DNA from: Trichormus sp. ATA11-4-KO1
GTDB lineage: Bacteria; Cyanobacteriota; Cyanobacteriia; Cyanobacteriales; Nostocaceae
DNA length: 64,000 nucleotides
Direction of reading: 5' to 3'
Assembly: GCA_019358915.1 (NCBI GenBank)
Contig: JAHHIM010000073.1
Coordinates: 224,001-288,000, forward strand
A program made the translations under genes and the position numbers. Of the stretch, positions 61,342 to 64,000 are shown in pieces; the first letter of the stretch is position 1; each line of letters starts with the position of its first letter. Below the pieces are notes generated by a model. That model was not told where the DNA came from and made no database searches. It saw nothing but the letters and a program-made list of their open reading frames with translations.

Positions 61342-61998
61342 TTATAGATTTTCCAAAAATTGTACAAATGGCTTGAAAGCTTGAGGACATAATTCGGCAA
61401 TATCCTGATATCTAGCACTTCCTAATATAATTGGTGCATCTGTTTTGCCATCATATTTTTTGCCAAATTGCTTAAAAAGTTGCTCTACAATTTTTTTCGG
61501 TGGTTGATTATGATTTTGGTCTTCAACTGGTTTTGTCCATGTTATTGGTAAAGCATTAACACCAAGTATGCTGGTTAATTTTGATTCAGCAGCTAAAATT
61601 AAGGCTTCTAAATCATGTTTAAAGCAAAAAACCTTAAACCGACCTCTTAATCGACTATCATTAATTCCTTTAGAATTTAATACTTGATTAAAATTATTTA
61701 AAATACCATTTTCCAATTCTTGAATTGTTTCATGAGCAAAACCTTTGTTTTTGGGATATAAATCTGGCACTACTACCACAATCGAATCTGGCTGATTGCA
61801 GATAATATTGACTGCTTTAATTGGTGTCTTTGTCAGTAAATCTTTTTTAGCATCTCCTCCTTTATCATTATCCTTTCCCTTAACAGGAAAAAAATTGATG
61901 CTAATGCCCTGCTGTAATTTAGTTTCAATTAAACTTCCTAATAATGCTTCCATTGCGAATTTATCAGATGTGCCTTCAACATAAATATCAACTTTCAT
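61342..61998 (-). CDS. DUF4276-like (TOPRIM-related) protein
   Basis: IYVEGTSD, PDLYP, HDLEALILA, VEDQNH..PKK, Y..KTDAP.IL, CP..F..F. Confidence 0.75.
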   Translation of the reverse strand: MKVDIYVEGTSDKFAMEALLGSLIETKLQQGISINFFPVKGKDNDKGGDAKKDLLTKTPIKAVNIICNQPDSIVVVVPDLYPKNKGFAHETIQELENGILNNFNQVLNSKGINDSRLRGRFKVFCFKHDLEALILAAESKLTSILGVNALPITWTKPVEDQNHNQPPKKIVEQLFKQFGKKYDGKTDAPIILGSARYQDIAELCPQAFKPFVQFLENL

Positions 61999-63188
61999 GG
62001 AAGCCTCTCTAATTCATCGCTACGGTGTAACTGTTCTATTTCATCTGAGCCAAAATCGTCAAGCATATCAATTAAAACTTGAGAATTCCCAGGTTTAATA
62101 AACTTTGCTTCTCCATTCTCTTTTCTGAGTACAGCAATTTGAGCAATATCGAACTGTGTGAGAAAGTAGGAAGCATGAGTAGCTAAGAGAATTTGAGTTC
62201 GTTCAGAAGCTTTTTCAAATAAAGCAGCAAGAACAGGTAGTGTGCGAGGGTGTACACCTTGATCTGGTTCATCAATACAAATTAAAGAAGGCGGATTTGG
62301 CTGTACACAAAGACAAATCCAACAAATTAAACGCAAAATTCCATCTGATAAATCAGCAAGACTTAAATCTTCATCAATACCTGATTCCTGCCAAAAAGCT
62401 ATGACTTCTCCTGGTCCACCACGAGCTTTCACTGTTAAGCCTTTAAAACCAGGAATTACCGAACGTAAGTGTTGTTGTAGTTCGTCAAAAGCTGATTTAT
62501 GTTCAGTCATTAAGGAATATATAATTGAACTTAAATTACCTGCATCTTCCCGTAATACTGGTTCTTGTTCCAGGACAACTGATTTACGAATTTTATCATT
62601 TGCTATATTAAAAGAGCTATAAAATCTCCAATTACGAATATATTCACGTAAGTTATATAATGCTTCTAGTGATGGATTTATCATTGCACTCAGCGTTAGT
62701 TGATTATGACGCTTTAAAGCAATATCTTGTGCTATTTCTACTGGTGTAAATCGTGTTTCTCCAGGTTCTTTAATAACACCTTGATTACCTTGAATATCCA
62801 TATATATATATGGATTACTGTATCTATCACTAAAAGGTCTAGAAGACTCTACACGCTCATAGGATACTTGAGTTCGACCAACTGGACCCATCAGTTCTCC
62901 TAAATATCTCATACCAATAGGACGACCCGTATCAATTTCTATATCCCATTGAAATTTTTCCGGGCCAGGAATATGAAAAATTTTTTGACCAATAGAACCA
63001 GGAACAATTTCAGGAGGTATATCTTGATAAAGACTATCTCGTAAAAACTTCAGAAATTCAAACAAACTTGATTTACCAGCACCATTAGCACCAACAATAA
63101 TTTCTAGTGGTTGCAATGACGCTGCAAAATTCCTGAAGGGTCGATAACCTTGAATATTGACATTAGTCAATCTATATGGAGATAGCAT
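61995..63188 (-). CDS. ABC/AAA_21-type ATPase
   Basis: Walker A GANGAGKS, signature LSDG, Walker B CIDEPD, HP, ATH; 4-nt ATGA overlap with the next gene. Confidence 0.9.
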   Translation of the reverse strand: MLSPYRLTNVNIQGYRPFRNFAASLQPLEIIVGANGAGKSSLFEFLKFLRDSLYQDIPPEIVPGSIGQKIFHIPGPEKFQWDIEIDTGRPIGMRYLGELMGPVGRTQVSYERVESSRPFSDRYSNPYIYMDIQGNQGVIKEPGETRFTPVEIAQDIALKRHNQLTLSAMINPSLEALYNLREYIRNWRFYSSFNIANDKIRKSVVLEQEPVLREDAGNLSSIIYSLMTEHKSAFDELQQHLRSVIPGFKGLTVKARGGPGEVIAFWQESGIDEDLSLADLSDGILRLICWICLCVQPNPPSLICIDEPDQGVHPRTLPVLAALFEKASERTQILLATHASYFLTQFDIAQIAVLRKENGEAKFIKPGNSQVLIDMLDDFGSDEIEQLHRSDELERLP

Positions 63189-63240
63189 CTTTTTCCTCTA
63201 TTTCGCTGACCTTCTATTTCTCATATTAAGTATTTTTTTC

Positions 63241-63543
63241 CTAACGAATCGGATGATGCACAGTTACCAACTTCGTACCATCAGGAAAAGTTGCCTCCAC
63301 CTGTACCTCATGAACCATTTCCGAGACACCCTCCATCACATCATCCCGCGTTAACAGCGTCGTCCCATAACTCATCAATTCCGCCACCGTTTGTCCATCC
63401 CTCGCACCCTCCAAAATAGCAGCCGAAATATAAGCCACCGCCTCTGGATAATTCAACTTCAAACCCCTATGCTTACGTCTCTCAGCCACTAAAGCAGCCG
63501 TAAAAATCAATAACTTATCCTTCTCTTGCGGCGTAAGTTGCAT
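63241..63543 (-). CDS. ureA: Urease subunit gamma
   Basis: [31 protein letters not shown]. Confidence 0.98.
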   Translation of the reverse strand: MQLTPQEKDKLLIFTAALVAERRKHRGLKLNYPEAVAYISAAILEGARDGQTVAELMSYGTTLLTRDDVMEGVSEMVHEVQVEATFPDGTKLVTVHHPIR

Positions 63544-63552
63544 TCTTCCCTC

Positions 63553-63583
63553 CTCCGTGTTCTCTGCGCCTCTGTGGTTCGTT
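63553..63583 (-). repeat. Periodic repeat (minus strand AACGAACCACAGAGGCGCAGAGAACACGGAG) between ureD and ureA
   Basis: Shares AACCACAGAGGCGCAGAG with 27537-27563. Confidence 0.8.
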
Positions 63584-64000
63584 CAAACCTGCCATACTCT
63601 AGGTACACAGCCACCACGTTGTAAAAAAGACACCCGTAGCAACTGCCAAACAACCGTAAACAAGTTTCTCACCTCAGACGTAGAAGCACCACGGTATCGA
63701 CACAAAAATCCATTTTGTAACTGCGTCACCCCAACTTCCCCTACCCCGTCCCATAAACTCCGCGCTTTTGCCAAGATTTCCCCAGAAACCGCACCTCCCA
63801 CCCAAACCAGACTACCCACTATTGGTTGTCCAGCCAAACCATGAGGACTGTGAAACACTTCTTCATTACCGGGTAACCACTGACGATCCATCCATAAAGG
63901 CACACCTTCCTGCCAAATTTCGGTATGCGATCGCCATTCTCCCTGTAAAAACTTTTCTCCTCTAGCACTGCGACCAAATCGAGTAATTTCCCAACCTAGG
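63583..64000 (-). CDS. ureD: Urease accessory protein UreD (3' part; runs off the window)
   Basis: Frame open to the window edge: LGWEITRFGRSARGEKF..CRYRG..PRVW. Confidence 0.92.
   Translation of the reverse strand, partial: LGWEITRFGRSARGEKFLQGEWRSHTEIWQEGVPLWMDRQWLPGNEEVFHSPHGLAGQPIVGSLVWVGGAVSGEILAKARSLWDGVGEVGVTQLQNGFLCRYRGASTSEVRNLFTVVWQLLRVSFLQRGGCVPRVWQV

Noticed and set aside
1..64000. CRISPR array, tRNA or rRNA genes
   Set aside because: No regularly spaced repeat-spacer units or cloverleaf/rRNA-like sequence seen; the repeats are STRR, REP, SDR or MITE types.
1..64000. Very frequent GCGATCGC
   Set aside because: This is HIP1, a known cyanobacterial genome signature.

Overview
This window is chromosomal DNA from a filamentous, probably Nostocales-type cyanobacterium, judged from dense HIP1 (GCGATCGC) sites, heptamer STRR repeats and an hli gene. 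Housekeeping genes include glcD/E/F, miaA, gatA, tldD-pmbA, sdhA, pheT and ureD(partial)-A-B-C. It also holds a C39-peptidase ABC exporter/HlyD/PPIase cluster headed by an IS630-like HTH-only gene, two tandem Ser/Thr kinases, a PaoABC-like molybdoenzyme operon, and an iota-carbonic-anhydrase-like gene beside a yybP-ykoY Mn riboswitch-controlled TMEM165/GDT1 transporter. There is a BrnT-type TA pair, several gene remnants, and many small mobile repeats: three near-identical 127-bp TA-flanked MITEs, a 153-bp MITE, and 21-27-bp SDR-like insertions, two of them in frame in glcE. The urease operon is interrupted by an ABC-ATPase + TOPRIM-like (DUF4276) pair and by an inverted-repeat-flanked GxxExxY nuclease gene. 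The most striking unexplained signal is a strand-specific skew at synonymous sites: the strand reading AAC(G/C)CA(A/G)AG-type 8-10-bp-period repeats is strongly G/T-enriched for hundreds of bp on both sides. The skew flips between opposed repeats, even inside single genes, which suggests repeat-directed local mutagenesis. All family calls are from motif recognition, not database searches. No tRNA, rRNA or CRISPR array was seen.
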